In this document: one piece after another, positions 20,984-31,870 of the stretch
Layout: each line of letters opens with the position of its first letter
Position numbering within the stretch: the first letter of the stretch is position 1
From: an uncultured Pseudomonadota bacterium
Lineage (GTDB): Bacteria; Oederibacteriota; Muellerivitia; Muellerivitales; Muellerivitaceae
DNA: 64,000 bases
Assembly (NCBI GenBank): GCA_963843375.1
Contig: CAWJKT010000003.1
Coordinates: 32,001-96,000 of the forward strand
Direction: 5' to 3'
The notes under the pieces: generated by a model
What the model was told of the DNA's origin: nothing
The model's input: only the letters and a program-made list of their open reading frames with translations
Databases searched by the model: none
Position numbers and translations under genes: made by a program

Positions 20984-21916
20984 ATGATACTCATAGGTAC
21001 CCGAGGCAGCCAACTGGCCTTAACCCAGGCGGAAGGGGTTCGTTCCAAGATTGCGCTTTTGTTCCCGGGCCAGGAGGTTCGGCTGGAAGTGGTGAAGACC
21101 CTGGGCGACCGTTTGTCCGCCCAAGAGGCGGTTGGAGATTCGAATGAACCGCCTCTAGGACTTTTCACCAAAGAACTGGATGCGGCCTTGCTTTCGGGCG
21201 GCATCCGGGCTGCTATACATAGCCTGAAGGATGTGCCGACGGTTCTTCCCGCCGGCATTGGTTATGGTGCCTTTGTCAAAAGGGAAGATCCCAGGGACGT
21301 TTTAATCTCCAAATCGGGTTCCAAGTTCTTTGAATTACCCGCCGGATCCCTCGTGGGCACCGGATCCCCCCGTCGAGAAGCCCAAATACGGGCGGTGCGT
21401 TCGGACCTTAAGGTGGCGCCTTTGCGGGGGAATGTCGATACGCGTTTGAGAAAGCTAAAGGAAGGGGAATGCGACGCCATTGTCATCGCAGCGGCGGGTC
21501 TAAAACGCTTGGGACGAGGGAATGAAGCTACCGAGTTCCTTGACCCCGAAATCATCCTACCCGCTCCGGCCCAGGGCGTGCTTTGCGTGACCTTGCGTGT
21601 GGAAGACCAAGAATTGAAAAAGACGCTTTCGCTTTTGGATGATGGGCCCACCAGGATTTGCGCGGAGGCGGAAAGATCATTTTTGAGGACTTTGCAGGGC
21701 GGCTGCCGCATCCCTGTAGGGGCGTTGGCCACCTTGGAGGGGGATACCCTTCATCTTTCAGGCGTCATCGCCCATCCGAATGGCGAACAGATCATGCGTC
21801 ACAGCCGAAAGGGTTCAGCCAACCATCCTGGGAAACTGGGGGATGAGTTGGCCCGCTATTTTTTAAACCATGGGGCCCAGGAAATCTTAAATGGTTTTGG
21901 CCGAACGACTTGGTGA
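20984..21916 (+). CDS. hemC: Hydroxymethylbilane synthase (porphobilinogen deaminase)
   Basis: 'GTRGSQLA', 'HSLKD', 'RGNVDTR', 'AERSFLRTLQGGCRIP'. Confidence 0.98.
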   Translation: MILIGTRGSQLALTQAEGVRSKIALLFPGQEVRLEVVKTLGDRLSAQEAVGDSNEPPLGLFTKELDAALLSGGIRAAIHSLKDVPTVLPAGIGYGAFVKREDPRDVLISKSGSKFFELPAGSLVGTGSPRREAQIRAVRSDLKVAPLRGNVDTRLRKLKEGECDAIVIAAAGLKRLGRGNEATEFLDPEIILPAPAQGVLCVTLRVEDQELKKTLSLLDDGPTRICAEAERSFLRTLQGGCRIPVGALATLEGDTLHLSGVIAHPNGEQIMRHSRKGSANHPGKLGDELARYFLNHGAQEILNGFGRTTW

Positions 21917-21940
21917 AATTTTGTTTGCTTTAGGGAGTTT

Positions 21941-23476
21941 ATGAATTCAGGAAAAGTTTATCTCGTTGGCGCTGGGCCGGGCGATCCTGGCCTCTTGACC
22001 TTGAAAGCCAAAGACATTCTTTCCAAGGCGGATGTGGTCGTCTATGATGCACTCGTACATCCTAAAATCCTGGAATTTATCCCAAAGGGAGCCCGGATAA
22101 TATTCCGTGGAAGCCGTGGAAAATCGGGCGCCATGAAGCAGTCTCAAATCAACAGTCTTCTCGTTCGGGTTGCGTCACAGGGCAAAAAAGTGGTTCGCTT
22201 GAAGGGCGGGGACCCATTCGTTTTTGGAAGAGGTGCGGAGGAAATCATGGCCTTGGAGGATCAAAAAATCCCATTCGAGGTCGTTCCGGGCGTTACCTCG
22301 GCCATCGCGGTTCCAGCCTATGCGGGTATCCCGGTGACCCATCGCAGCTTGAATTCCTCCTTTACGGTTGTCACGGGCCATGAGGACCCTTCGAAAACCA
22401 TTAGCCAAGTGGATTGGGCTCATTTGGCCAAAGATCAAGGAACCTTGGTCTTTTTGATGGGACTTCACAGCCTTCCAGCCCTTTGCCGCCGTTTGATCGA
22501 GGAGGGGAAAAGCCTACGAACTCCCGCGGCGGTCATTCAAAGTGGGACAACCGTTCTGCAAAAGGTGGTCACGGGAACTCTGGAAAATCTTGCTGATCTT
22601 ACGAATAAGGCGAGGCTTCTGCCTCCGGCTACGGTGGTAGTGGGGGAGGTGGTTAACTTGAGGCCGAAGCTTGACTGGCTTTCCCAAAAACCACTCTGGG
22701 GCCATAAAATTTTAGTGACTCGAAACCAGGCCAAGGCTGGTTATCTCTCTGGCCTTCTTTCGGATGAAGGGGCGGAAGTGGTTTCTATCGCTACCTTTGA
22801 AATCAAACCGCTGCCCTTGGACCGGCAGGTGAGAGAAAAAATCCAGGGGAGCGGGGAATATGACTGGATCATTTTCTCCAGTGTGAACGCGGTCGAAATT
22901 TTCTTTGGCCATTTTTTAAAAATCGGAATGAGCGTCAGGCATTTAAGTGGGGTAAAAATAGCTTGTATTGGGGAAGCCACTGCAAAGGTTGTGAGGTCAT
23001 TTGGACTCAAGGTGGCCTTGGTGCCAGACGATTATAAACAGGAAGGCTTGGCGAAGGCTTTTCAAAGAATTCCCCTGAAAGAGAAGCGGGTTTTATTCGC
23101 CCGAGCCCGTGAGGGGCGGGATTTGTTAGTTCGGTATTTTAAAAAAAAGAAGATACAATGCGATCTATTGGCGCTTTATGAAAACCAAGTGCCTCGAGGG
23201 GCCCGGAAAGAACTTCGGGAATTGTTCTTAAAAGGCGGCGGAGTGGATTTGTTGACTTTTGCTTCCTCTTCCTCTGTGGACCACTTTTACGGCCTTTTCA
23301 ACCCTTCCCAATTAAAGAAGTGGGTGGTACGCATTCCAGCTGCGGTCATCGGCCCGGTAACGGCGGCCTCCGTCAAGAAATGGGGCGGCAAAGTGGCTGT
23401 TCAACCAACCAAATACACGATGCCCGATCTTGTGGCGGCCATTGTCAAATGGGCGGTCAAGCGATCTAATTCTTAG
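21941..23476 (+). CDS. cobA: Fused uroporphyrinogen-III C-methyltransferase / uroporphyrinogen-III synthase (CobA-HemD)
   Basis: N-terminal 'VYLVGAGPGDPGLLT', 'RLKGGDPFVFGRG.EE'; C-terminal HemD 'ILVTR', 'YDWIIFSSVNAV', 'FASSSSV', 'IGPVT'. Confidence 0.96.
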   Translation: MNSGKVYLVGAGPGDPGLLTLKAKDILSKADVVVYDALVHPKILEFIPKGARIIFRGSRGKSGAMKQSQINSLLVRVASQGKKVVRLKGGDPFVFGRGAEEIMALEDQKIPFEVVPGVTSAIAVPAYAGIPVTHRSLNSSFTVVTGHEDPSKTISQVDWAHLAKDQGTLVFLMGLHSLPALCRRLIEEGKSLRTPAAVIQSGTTVLQKVVTGTLENLADLTNKARLLPPATVVVGEVVNLRPKLDWLSQKPLWGHKILVTRNQAKAGYLSGLLSDEGAEVVSIATFEIKPLPLDRQVREKIQGSGEYDWIIFSSVNAVEIFFGHFLKIGMSVRHLSGVKIACIGEATAKVVRSFGLKVALVPDDYKQEGLAKAFQRIPLKEKRVLFARAREGRDLLVRYFKKKKIQCDLLALYENQVPRGARKELRELFLKGGGVDLLTFASSSSVDHFYGLFNPSQLKKWVVRIPAAVIGPVTAASVKKWGGKVAVQPTKYTMPDLVAAIVKWAVKRSNS

Positions 23477-23520
23477 TCTAAGAGCCCTTTCGACGCTAAA
23501 ATACACGCCGGAGAAAAACC

Positions 23521-24494
<974 letters not shown>

Positions 24495-24520
24495 ATATTA
24501 ATTCTTGAGATTCGCAAATT

Positions 24521-25825
24521 ATGAAATATAAACTCAAGTTGGACAGGTCCCGAAATTTATATGAATTGGCCCAGAAACATCTAGTGGGAGGGGTCAACAG
24601 TCCGGTTCGGGCTTTCAAGGGCGTGGGTGGGACGCCTATCTTTTTCGCGCGGGGCAAGGGTTCCTATTTGATCGATGTGGATGGAAACCGATACATTGAT
24701 TTAGTGGGTTCCTGGGGGCCACTCATCCTAGGGCACGTGGATACCGAGGTACTTAACCTTGTGCGTCGTGTCCTGAAAAAAGGATTCAGCTTTGGCGCGC
24801 CTTCACCGCTTGAAACGGATCTCGCCGTCCTGGTCAAAAAAGCCTATCCTTCCATCGATAAAGTTCGTTTTGTCAGTTCCGGTACCGAGGCCGTTTTAAG
24901 CGTCATAAGGCTGGTCCGGGCCGCGACAGGCAAAAAGCGTATCATCAAGTTTGACGGTTGTTACCATGGTCATGGCGATAGTTTGTTAGTGGCGGCGGGA
25001 AGCGGGGCGGCCACCCTCGGGTTGCCGGATAGCCCAGGGGTTCCCGAGGAAATAGCTTCTCTTACCACCAGCCTGCCCTATAACGATCTTCCAGCGGTTC
25101 AAGAGGCCTTTTCAAGATTTACTGATATCGCGGCGGTCATTGTGGAACCCGTAGCGGGGAATATGGGCTTAGTGCCCCCAAAACATGGTTTTCTGGCGGG
25201 CTTAAGGGAATTAACCAAACAGCATAACGCCCTTCTTGTTTTCGATGAGGTTATGACGGGTTTCCGGGTGGCTTTGGGGGGGGCCCAAGAACTTTATGGT
25301 ATTAAACCCGACTTGACGACCCTCGGCAAGATCATCGGGGGAGGAATGCCGGTGGGGGCTTATGGTGGCCGGGAGGAACTGATGTCTCAAGTTGCTCCTG
25401 AAGGGCCAGTTTACCAGGCAGGGACCCTTTCCGGAAATCCCATCGCCATGGCGGCGGGAATCGCCACTTTGAAAAAATTGTCCGAACGGAAAGTTTATGA
25501 TCAGTTGGAGGAATCAGCTGCTTTTGTCGAAGAGGGGATCAGGCGGGCCCTGGAAAAGACAGGCGTGAAAGCCGTATTCCAAAGGGTGGGAAGCATGGCC
25601 ACCTTATTTTTTTGTGGGCACCCAATCGAGAATTACGCCCAAGCCAAGGAATCGGATCAGAAAAAATATGGGCGGTTTTTCTGGGCCATGGCCCAAAGGG
25701 GCGTTTATCTTCCGCCTTCCCAATTTGAGGCCATGTTTTTCTCCGATGCTTTGACGAAAGACCAGTTGAAAAAAATCGTCAAATCCATCGAGGAAAGCTT
25801 GGTAGTGGCCGACCAGAAAGCTTAA
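24521..25825 (+). CDS. hemL: Glutamate-1-semialdehyde 2,1-aminomutase
   Basis: 'GGVNSPVRAF', 'SGTEA', 'FDEVMTGFR', 'GKIIGGGMP', 'YQAGTLSGNP'. Confidence 0.98.
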   Translation: MKYKLKLDRSRNLYELAQKHLVGGVNSPVRAFKGVGGTPIFFARGKGSYLIDVDGNRYIDLVGSWGPLILGHVDTEVLNLVRRVLKKGFSFGAPSPLETDLAVLVKKAYPSIDKVRFVSSGTEAVLSVIRLVRAATGKKRIIKFDGCYHGHGDSLLVAAGSGAATLGLPDSPGVPEEIASLTTSLPYNDLPAVQEAFSRFTDIAAVIVEPVAGNMGLVPPKHGFLAGLRELTKQHNALLVFDEVMTGFRVALGGAQELYGIKPDLTTLGKIIGGGMPVGAYGGREELMSQVAPEGPVYQAGTLSGNPIAMAAGIATLKKLSERKVYDQLEESAAFVEEGIRRALEKTGVKAVFQRVGSMATLFFCGHPIENYAQAKESDQKKYGRFFWAMAQRGVYLPPSQFEAMFFSDALTKDQLKKIVKSIEESLVVADQKA

Positions 25826-25930
25826 GTCAGCTTTTGAATCACCAGATTCTATTGACCGATCCAAGATAAAAATGAGTCAAATTCGGCTAAAACTTGATAA
25901 AATTTGGAGCATCCCTCCGGGAGGCTTGAT

Positions 25931-26516
25931 GTGAAAAAACATGGGTTTGGATTATCAATCACGGTAGTGACCTTAGGGTTTATCCTGTGGGGTTTGGATT
26001 CCGGGGCCTTTGGCGACACAGAAATTAATCTGGACGATATCCTCAAACCAACGCCTACCTTAACTTCCGCCCAACCTGTTTCAACAAATATGGTTGCGAC
26101 GCCAACGGTCACGTCTCTTCCAGCGGCGGTTCCCGTTCCCACGACTGTCATTAATATGTTCGAATCGGCCCCCACCCCGACGGAAACCGTTGAGTGATGA
26201 ATCCGCGTCCCTTGAAGTTCATGGGGTTTTAAAGATGAAGGACATCTATGCCGCTGGGATTAAGGCCTATCAGGAGCAGGATTACGACAAGGCCATCCGT
26301 TATCTTAAAAAATCCTTAGAGATGAAAGATTCCTATTCCGCCAAGTTTTATTACGCCGAAGCCAGCGCAATGCTGGGAGTGATCTACCAATTTCATATCA
26401 TCCACTATAATTGGGCCTACTACTACTATCGGCAAGCCTTGAGGTATGAAAAGAGAAACCCGACAGCCCGGAGGCATATTAAGCAAGTCGCTAGGTATAA
26501 AAATCAAAAGGATTGA
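25931..26516 (+). CDS. Exported hypothetical protein: signal peptide, Pro/Thr-rich linker, TPR-like domain (probably one gene split by an indel about 26180)
   Basis: GGGAGG RBS then GTG 25931; hydrophobic N-terminus; PTPT-rich tract; second frame (26094-26516 ORF) carries TPR-like 'Y..GI.AY...DY..AI..L.KSL' and 'LGVIY...A...YRQAL'. Confidence 0.7.
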
Positions 26517-27655
26517 AATTGCTCCATGATCGGTTGGGATTGAAAATTCTGGCTTTCCTGTTTTTAAGCCAGGTGGTTTTCGCGGATGTGGCCCCTATTT
26601 CATTAACTTTTTTCGGATTGTATGGATCTCCCGTTCAACCGGCAGGTTTAACCAGTTCCACGACTTATGGTTTTGGCTTAGACGCCTTGGGGGAGTGGAA
26701 CCCGTCCTATTACTTTTCATTAGGGCTTAGCTACGAACAGGTTACTTTTTACAGTTCGTCCAATTTTTCAGTACCTATGGGCAATCTGGAAGGTCGGATT
26801 TTCCCGTTCGAAAACGGGAAAAATAAGTTTTCACCCTATCTCTATGGCGGGGCGGGCTTGAACCTTTCCTCGACGGGTGGACCGGTCCAATTAAAAGCGG
26901 GCATCGGCAGCCGGGTTTCCATCGCCGGGCCCATTTTCTTCGATATCGCCGCCGGTAGCCACTGGATTCAACCTCCCGATGATTTTCAGTATGTTGATAT
27001 CAGGGCCGGCCTGAGCTGTTCCATCGATTTCAAACCGGCCTCCGAAAATACCCCTACGCCGGTAGCGACCCCCATCCTTGGTTCTCCCACGCCGTTCGTC
27101 CAAGCCTCCGTCACGCCTAACGTAACGCCGATACCCACGATAACCCAGTCTCCGGAAGAGATCAGCCTGGAAGAGAGCCCGACGCCTACCCCCATGCCCC
27201 AGATTGAATCGGCGCCGGTTACCACCATTGCCGGAGTCAAAAAATACTACAAACTAGGGATGAATGCGTTCATGGCTCAAAATTACAAATTGGCTTTCAA
27301 ACTTTTGCATAAGTCCTTGGCCACCAAAGAAATCCATGGAGCTTCCTACTATTACGCGGAAACTTATGCCACCCTTGGGGTAATCTATGAATTTCACGCC
27401 TCCACCGTGAAGGATCACGACAAGAAGGCTTTGTTCTGCTACCAAAAGGCCTTGGCCATCGATCCGACGACGAAATCGGCGAAACACTACTACAAGAAAC
27501 TCAAAGCCAAAGTCGTGGCGGAATCAAGAAAGAAAGCCAGACACAAATCCCGCCCCATCCCCACTCCCACCGTTTCTGCGGATACAAGTGAGTTATCCGC
27601 CCCGACACCTGTCAGTTCTGTGGATACCAGCGGACTTTCGACCACAAAACCTTAG
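26513..27655 (+). CDS. Hypothetical outer-membrane protein: signal peptide, small beta-barrel-like domain, Pro/Thr linker, TPR-like domain, Ser/Thr/Pro tail
   Basis: 'VFA-D' cleavage-like site; amphipathic strands including 'FSPYLYGGAG' and 'YVDIRAGLSCSIDF'; TPTP repeats; TPR 'YQKALAIDP'. Start overlaps the upstream stop (TTGA). Confidence 0.75.
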   Translation: MKLLHDRLGLKILAFLFLSQVVFADVAPISLTFFGLYGSPVQPAGLTSSTTYGFGLDALGEWNPSYYFSLGLSYEQVTFYSSSNFSVPMGNLEGRIFPFENGKNKFSPYLYGGAGLNLSSTGGPVQLKAGIGSRVSIAGPIFFDIAAGSHWIQPPDDFQYVDIRAGLSCSIDFKPASENTPTPVATPILGSPTPFVQASVTPNVTPIPTITQSPEEISLEESPTPTPMPQIESAPVTTIAGVKKYYKLGMNAFMAQNYKLAFKLLHKSLATKEIHGASYYYAETYATLGVIYEFHASTVKDHDKKALFCYQKALAIDPTTKSAKHYYKKLKAKVVAESRKKARHKSRPIPTPTVSADTSELSAPTPVSSVDTSGLSTTKP

Positions 27656-27688
27656 CTTTCAGTCCTTGATGAAAAGTGTACACCCCAA

Positions 27689-28960
27689 ATGATCTTTCGT
27701 TTTCCGCGGCTAATTAAAACTTTTTGGTTCCACACGGGTTTGTTGGGACTGTTCCTTTTTGCTCGCTCTGGACAGCCCCAAACTTTTCAACCGGCCCTGC
27801 TCCTTCATGTGGATGGACGGTTTCTCAAAGATCCTTTCGGAAGGACCGTGATATTAAGAGGAATCAACCATCACGGTTTTTTAGACGTGCCCGACGGAGA
27901 CTGGGACCCAGCCGGAGGGCCCCTTTATTCCGGCATGGGGAATTGGAACCCGGGTGTCGTCCAGAAAACCCTTGGGCAATATAACCAGCTAGGTTTCAAT
28001 GTGGTCCGTTTTCACACCATCGTCGACTGGTGGAAAAATGACCCCAAGACCTATCAGGACCCCTATCGAAAGGTGAATTATCCTGAGTCCTACCGCCAAA
28101 TGATGGAAGATACCGTGAAGTGGGCGGGGGAGCGGGGTCTTTATGTTATCTTTGATTTCTTTGCCTTGAAAAACGTGGAAGGTCGCCAATCTGGCCAGGA
28201 ATTCCTTCCATGGCCGCCCGAGGGGCGGTTTTCCGATGTCGTGAAAAACCGAGCGGAGTTTGAAAAGATATGGGTTTCAGCCGCTCGAGTCCTAGGCCGG
28301 TACCCCAATGTTTTATTTGAACTTTTTAACGAACCCCATGGTGATGCCCAGGCCCAAGAAGATTGGTTCCAGTTCGTCAAAGAAGTCCTCCCCCAAATCC
28401 GTACCTTGACTCCAAATCCGGTCATCATTCAGTGGGATTATATGTGCTGGGTCAATTTGGATTATCCACCGCCCCGATATTCGGCCTCTACTTTGGCTTG
28501 GGTTGGGAAGCATTCTCTTGATGACCCCAATCTCATCTATGGAACCCATTTGTACCGCAATTCGGGCAATGGCGGGCCAGGGACCGCCTACCGAAGCGGG
28601 CCTCCATTGGTCAATCTTTGGGAGCGGTCCGATATTGAAAAGGCGCTGATTTTGGCTTTGATACCGGATATCCCGCAGAAACTCCAAAAACCCCTATTGG
28701 TGACAGAGGTGGGGGCCTATTTGGCCAATGGGGGTGAGGATAGAACCCATGAACTTTCCTGGTTCAAGAATACCCTATCCCTCCTGAATGGGTGGGGAAT
28801 TGGCTACGTGGGATGGGGTTGGTCTTCGGATAGTCAGATAGGTCATGGAATGCTCCACAATGGGGAGCCCAATGAAGCCGGAAAATTACTTTTGGATTCC
28901 CTTGGCAAACCTAATTACTCGAATGATCCGAAATTAGGAGTTTTCGGGGAGCGGGATTGA
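27689..28960 (+). CDS. Glycoside hydrolase family 5 (cellulase family), probably exported
   Basis: 'VILRGIN', 'GFNVVRF', acid/base 'FELFNEP', 'HLY', nucleophile 'VTEVG', 'GWGW'; hydrophobic N-terminus. Confidence 0.88.
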   Translation: MIFRFPRLIKTFWFHTGLLGLFLFARSGQPQTFQPALLLHVDGRFLKDPFGRTVILRGINHHGFLDVPDGDWDPAGGPLYSGMGNWNPGVVQKTLGQYNQLGFNVVRFHTIVDWWKNDPKTYQDPYRKVNYPESYRQMMEDTVKWAGERGLYVIFDFFALKNVEGRQSGQEFLPWPPEGRFSDVVKNRAEFEKIWVSAARVLGRYPNVLFELFNEPHGDAQAQEDWFQFVKEVLPQIRTLTPNPVIIQWDYMCWVNLDYPPPRYSASTLAWVGKHSLDDPNLIYGTHLYRNSGNGGPGTAYRSGPPLVNLWERSDIEKALILALIPDIPQKLQKPLLVTEVGAYLANGGEDRTHELSWFKNTLSLLNGWGIGYVGWGWSSDSQIGHGMLHNGEPNEAGKLLLDSLGKPNYSNDPKLGVFGERD

Positions 28961-28984
28961 AAAAATTAAGTTGGCAGCGTGGGT

Positions 28985-29770
28985 TTAATTCACAAGTTGC
29001 CGGATTCTTTCAATCTTGGTGGCTTTTCCATTTTCCTTATCCACCGAAACCACTACGGCCTGGAACAAATAAGGCATTTCCTCCGACACTTCAAAGCGGG
29101 ACGGGGCACCGGTGAGAAACCGGGATAAAACTTGCGGTTGTTTCATTCCAATGATCGAATTGGGGGAGCCCGACATGCCGATATCAGTCAAATAAGCCGT
29201 GCCACCCGGCAGAATTTCCTCGTCCGCCGTCATGATATGAGTATGGGTTCCGGTCACGGAACTGACCCGGCCATTCAAATACCAACCCATGGCCCTTTTC
29301 TCGCTGGTAGCCTCGCCATGCATATCCACGATAATGACCTTGGTCTTGCCCTGTATTTGTTGGAGCGCCCTGTCGGCGGCCTTGAAGGGGCAATCGAGGT
29401 TGATATTCATAAAAGTCCGGCCCATGAGATTGAGAACCGCAACCGGGGTTCCCATACAATCGTAAATCCCCAAGCCTGAACCCGGATTTTCGCTTGGATA
29501 ATTGTGAGGCCGAAGAAGCCGGGGGTCGTGGCCAATGATTTCCCGGACTTCTTTCTTCGACCAAATATGATTCCCGGAAGTGACTACATCGGCGCCGATT
29601 TCGATAATGTTTTTGAAAGAATCGGGCTGAATACCCGCTCCTGCGGCCAAATTTTCCCCGTTAACAACGGTGAATTCGATGTTGTAGTCGTTTTTAACCC
29701 GGCCGATGCAGTTGTGAACCGCGTGGCGGCCCGGTTTTCCCATAATGTCGCCAACGAGGAGGATGTTCAT
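28985..29770 (-). CDS. ymdB: YmdB-like metallophosphoesterase (TIGR00282 family)
   Basis: 'GDIMGKPG', 'NGEN', 'SGNH', 'DMHGEATSEK', 'GTHTH', 'TDIGMSG'. Confidence 0.95.
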   Translation of the reverse strand: MNILLVGDIMGKPGRHAVHNCIGRVKNDYNIEFTVVNGENLAAGAGIQPDSFKNIIEIGADVVTSGNHIWSKKEVREIIGHDPRLLRPHNYPSENPGSGLGIYDCMGTPVAVLNLMGRTFMNINLDCPFKAADRALQQIQGKTKVIIVDMHGEATSEKRAMGWYLNGRVSSVTGTHTHIMTADEEILPGGTAYLTDIGMSGSPNSIIGMKQPQVLSRFLTGAPSRFEVSEEMPYLFQAVVVSVDKENGKATKIERIRQLVN

Positions 29771-29861
29771 AGGTGTCCTTTTTTCTAAAGAGTCGGTTGA
29801 GAGTAAACAAAAATAATGAGAAACACAACCCTAACAGACAGAACTGTTTCGAGAAGGCGCG

Positions 29862-30443
29862 CTATTTACAATACTGAAATCCTTTTTCACTTAAAACGGC
29901 CTTTAGGGGGATGTCATGGGGTTCGGCGGGTATTTTCTCAACAATCTGGAAGGAATAGCCCAAGCCAATCGTCAGGGTAGTTTTTTTCATTTCGGGCAGG
30001 ACTCGGTCGTAATAACCCTTGCCAAAGCCCAGCCGGTTGCCGGTCAGATCGAAGGCCAGGCCGGGTACCAGGATCAAGTCGATTTCTTCCCAATTGGCGG
30101 GTTTATTACCGGAAGGTTCTAAAATGCCAAAGGGCCCTTTGATGAGCGTCTTGAAGTTTTGTACTTGATAAAAATGAAAATGTTTTTTGTCTTTCACCAC
30201 CTTGGGCAAGTAAAGTTTTTTACCCAGTTCCAGGGAACCTTCCAGAATCGAATAGGTGTTGATTTCGCTCGGAGTTGAGGCGAAGGCGCCGATGCCGTTG
30301 GCCTTATCAAATTCGGGCCGCTTGCATAGGATATTCCAGACTCCTTGAGAAGCCGATTCCGCAAAGGCGGGGTCGACTTGATCCCGTAATTGCTTCAATT
30401 TCTCCCGCAAGGGGGACTTGGAATCGGATTCAGGCAATGTCAT
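29862..30443 (-). CDS. ygfA: 5-formyltetrahydrofolate cyclo-ligase
   Basis: 'GPFGILEP', 'IDLILVPGLAFD..GNRLGFGKGYYDR', 'EPHD'. Confidence 0.96.
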   Translation of the reverse strand: MTLPESDSKSPLREKLKQLRDQVDPAFAESASQGVWNILCKRPEFDKANGIGAFASTPSEINTYSILEGSLELGKKLYLPKVVKDKKHFHFYQVQNFKTLIKGPFGILEPSGNKPANWEEIDLILVPGLAFDLTGNRLGFGKGYYDRVLPEMKKTTLTIGLGYSFQIVEKIPAEPHDIPLKAVLSEKGFQYCK

Positions 30444-31780
30444 GTTTTGGGTCTTTCACCGGGATTTGGGGATTTTTCTAGTTCTTGGAGATGTTCCAAC
30501 CAGGCTTTTATTTTGGCTTCGTATCCCAAATTGGTCGGGGAATAGTACCGGCCCAGATTCGGGGCATATTCCTGTTTGACATAATGATCCGGAAAGTCAT
30601 GGGCATATTGATAACCCTTGCCATGGTCCAAAACTTTCGCGCCCGGATAGTGGGCGTCTTTCAGGTGGAGGGGAACTTCCTTGTTGGCTTCCTTTTTAAC
30701 GTCTTCGGTCGCCGATTCCAACCCCATATAGGAAGCATTGCTTTTGGGGGCGCAGGCAAGATAAACCGTGGCTTGGGCCAGGGGAATGCGTCCTTCGGGC
30801 AAACCAATGAATTCCAGTGCCTGTTGGGCCGCCACAGCCAGAGGCAAGGCCTGGGGGTCGGCGTTACCTACGTCCTCCGCCGCCGAAATGACCAGCCTGC
30901 GGGCGATAAAACGGGGGTCCTCCCCGGCATAAAGCATCTTGGCCAGCCAATAAAGGGCCGCGTCAGGATCGGAACCCCGAATGCTTTTGATGAAAGCGGA
31001 AATAGTGTCGTAATGCTGGTCGCCGGAGGCGTCGTATTGGACCATCCGTTTCTGGATGGATTCCTGGGCGACTTCCAAATCGAAATGGATGATGCCTTGG
31101 TTGTCGGGAGGGGTTGTCAGAACACCCACTTCCAAGGCGTTCAAGAGAGTGCGCGGCGTCGCCGGAGGCGGCTTTCAACAAATGGGTTTTGGCTTCAGGC
31201 GCCAGATCGACCTTGTAGTTGCCCAGCCCATTTTCAGCGTTTTTAAGCGCATGGTCCAGGATGATTCCCAGATGGTTTTCTTCCAAGGGCCTCAATTCGC
31301 AGACCCGAGAACGGGAAAGCAAGGCCGTGTTCAAGGCGAAAAACGGGTTTTGAGTAGTGGCGCCGACCAGAATGATGGTTCCTTGTTCCAAATGGGGAAG
31401 AAGGGCATCCTGCTGGCTTTTATTGAAATGGTGGATTTCATCCAGAAAGAGGATAGTGGATTGCTGGTAGAGTTTCTTGTTTTCGGCGGCCTCGTCGAAA
31501 ACCTTGCGCAGGTCGGCCAGGCCCGAGGTGACGGCGTTTAAGGCCACAAAACGGCTTTTCATTCGGCGGGCGACCAAGCGGGCGAAGGCGGTTTTGCCTG
31601 TTCCCGGGGGGCCGTAAAGGATCAAGGAAACGATGCGATTGGCTTCCAGAAGACGGCGCAAAAGCTTTCCGGGCCCACCAAATGTTCCTGCCCGACATAA
31701 TCCTCAAGAGACCTGGGGGACATGCGGATGGCGAGAGGGCGACTGTTGCTTTCTTCAACGGCTGAATCGAAAAAATCCAT
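30440..31780 (-). CDS. rarA: Replication-associated recombination protein A (apparent indels about 31670 and 31150)
   Basis: '[18 protein letters not shown]', 'YGPPGTGKT', '[12 protein letters not shown]', 'GATTQNP'; C-terminal '[20 protein letters not shown]', 'EDVGNADP'. Confidence 0.95.
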
Positions 31781-31870
31781 GAAATCATGATAAAGGGCCT
31801 GGTAAATGACAACAAGGGGGGAGTCGTTTTAAGTTGAAGAAAAAAACCTTTTTTTTGAGGAAAAAAAAAT

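Noticed and set aside
26040..27620. Pro/Thr (ACGCC/ACCCC) periodicity as a DNA repeat or CRISPR-like array
   Set aside because: Codons vary and there is no fixed repeat-spacer unit; it is protein-level low complexity.
29771..29861. Possible rny remnant between ygfA and ymdB
   Set aside because: Only a T-rich stretch with hydrophobic translations; no start codon or RNase Y similarity.
30485..31246. Long antisense ORFs (also 13755-14486, 32814-33575, 46599-47222, 62378-62998)
   Set aside because: Shadows of well-supported genes on the opposite strand, with no recognisable motifs.
31838..31869. Long A/T homopolymer tract as a phase-variation site
   Set aside because: Non-coding, and explained as the U-tract following the 6S RNA closing stem.
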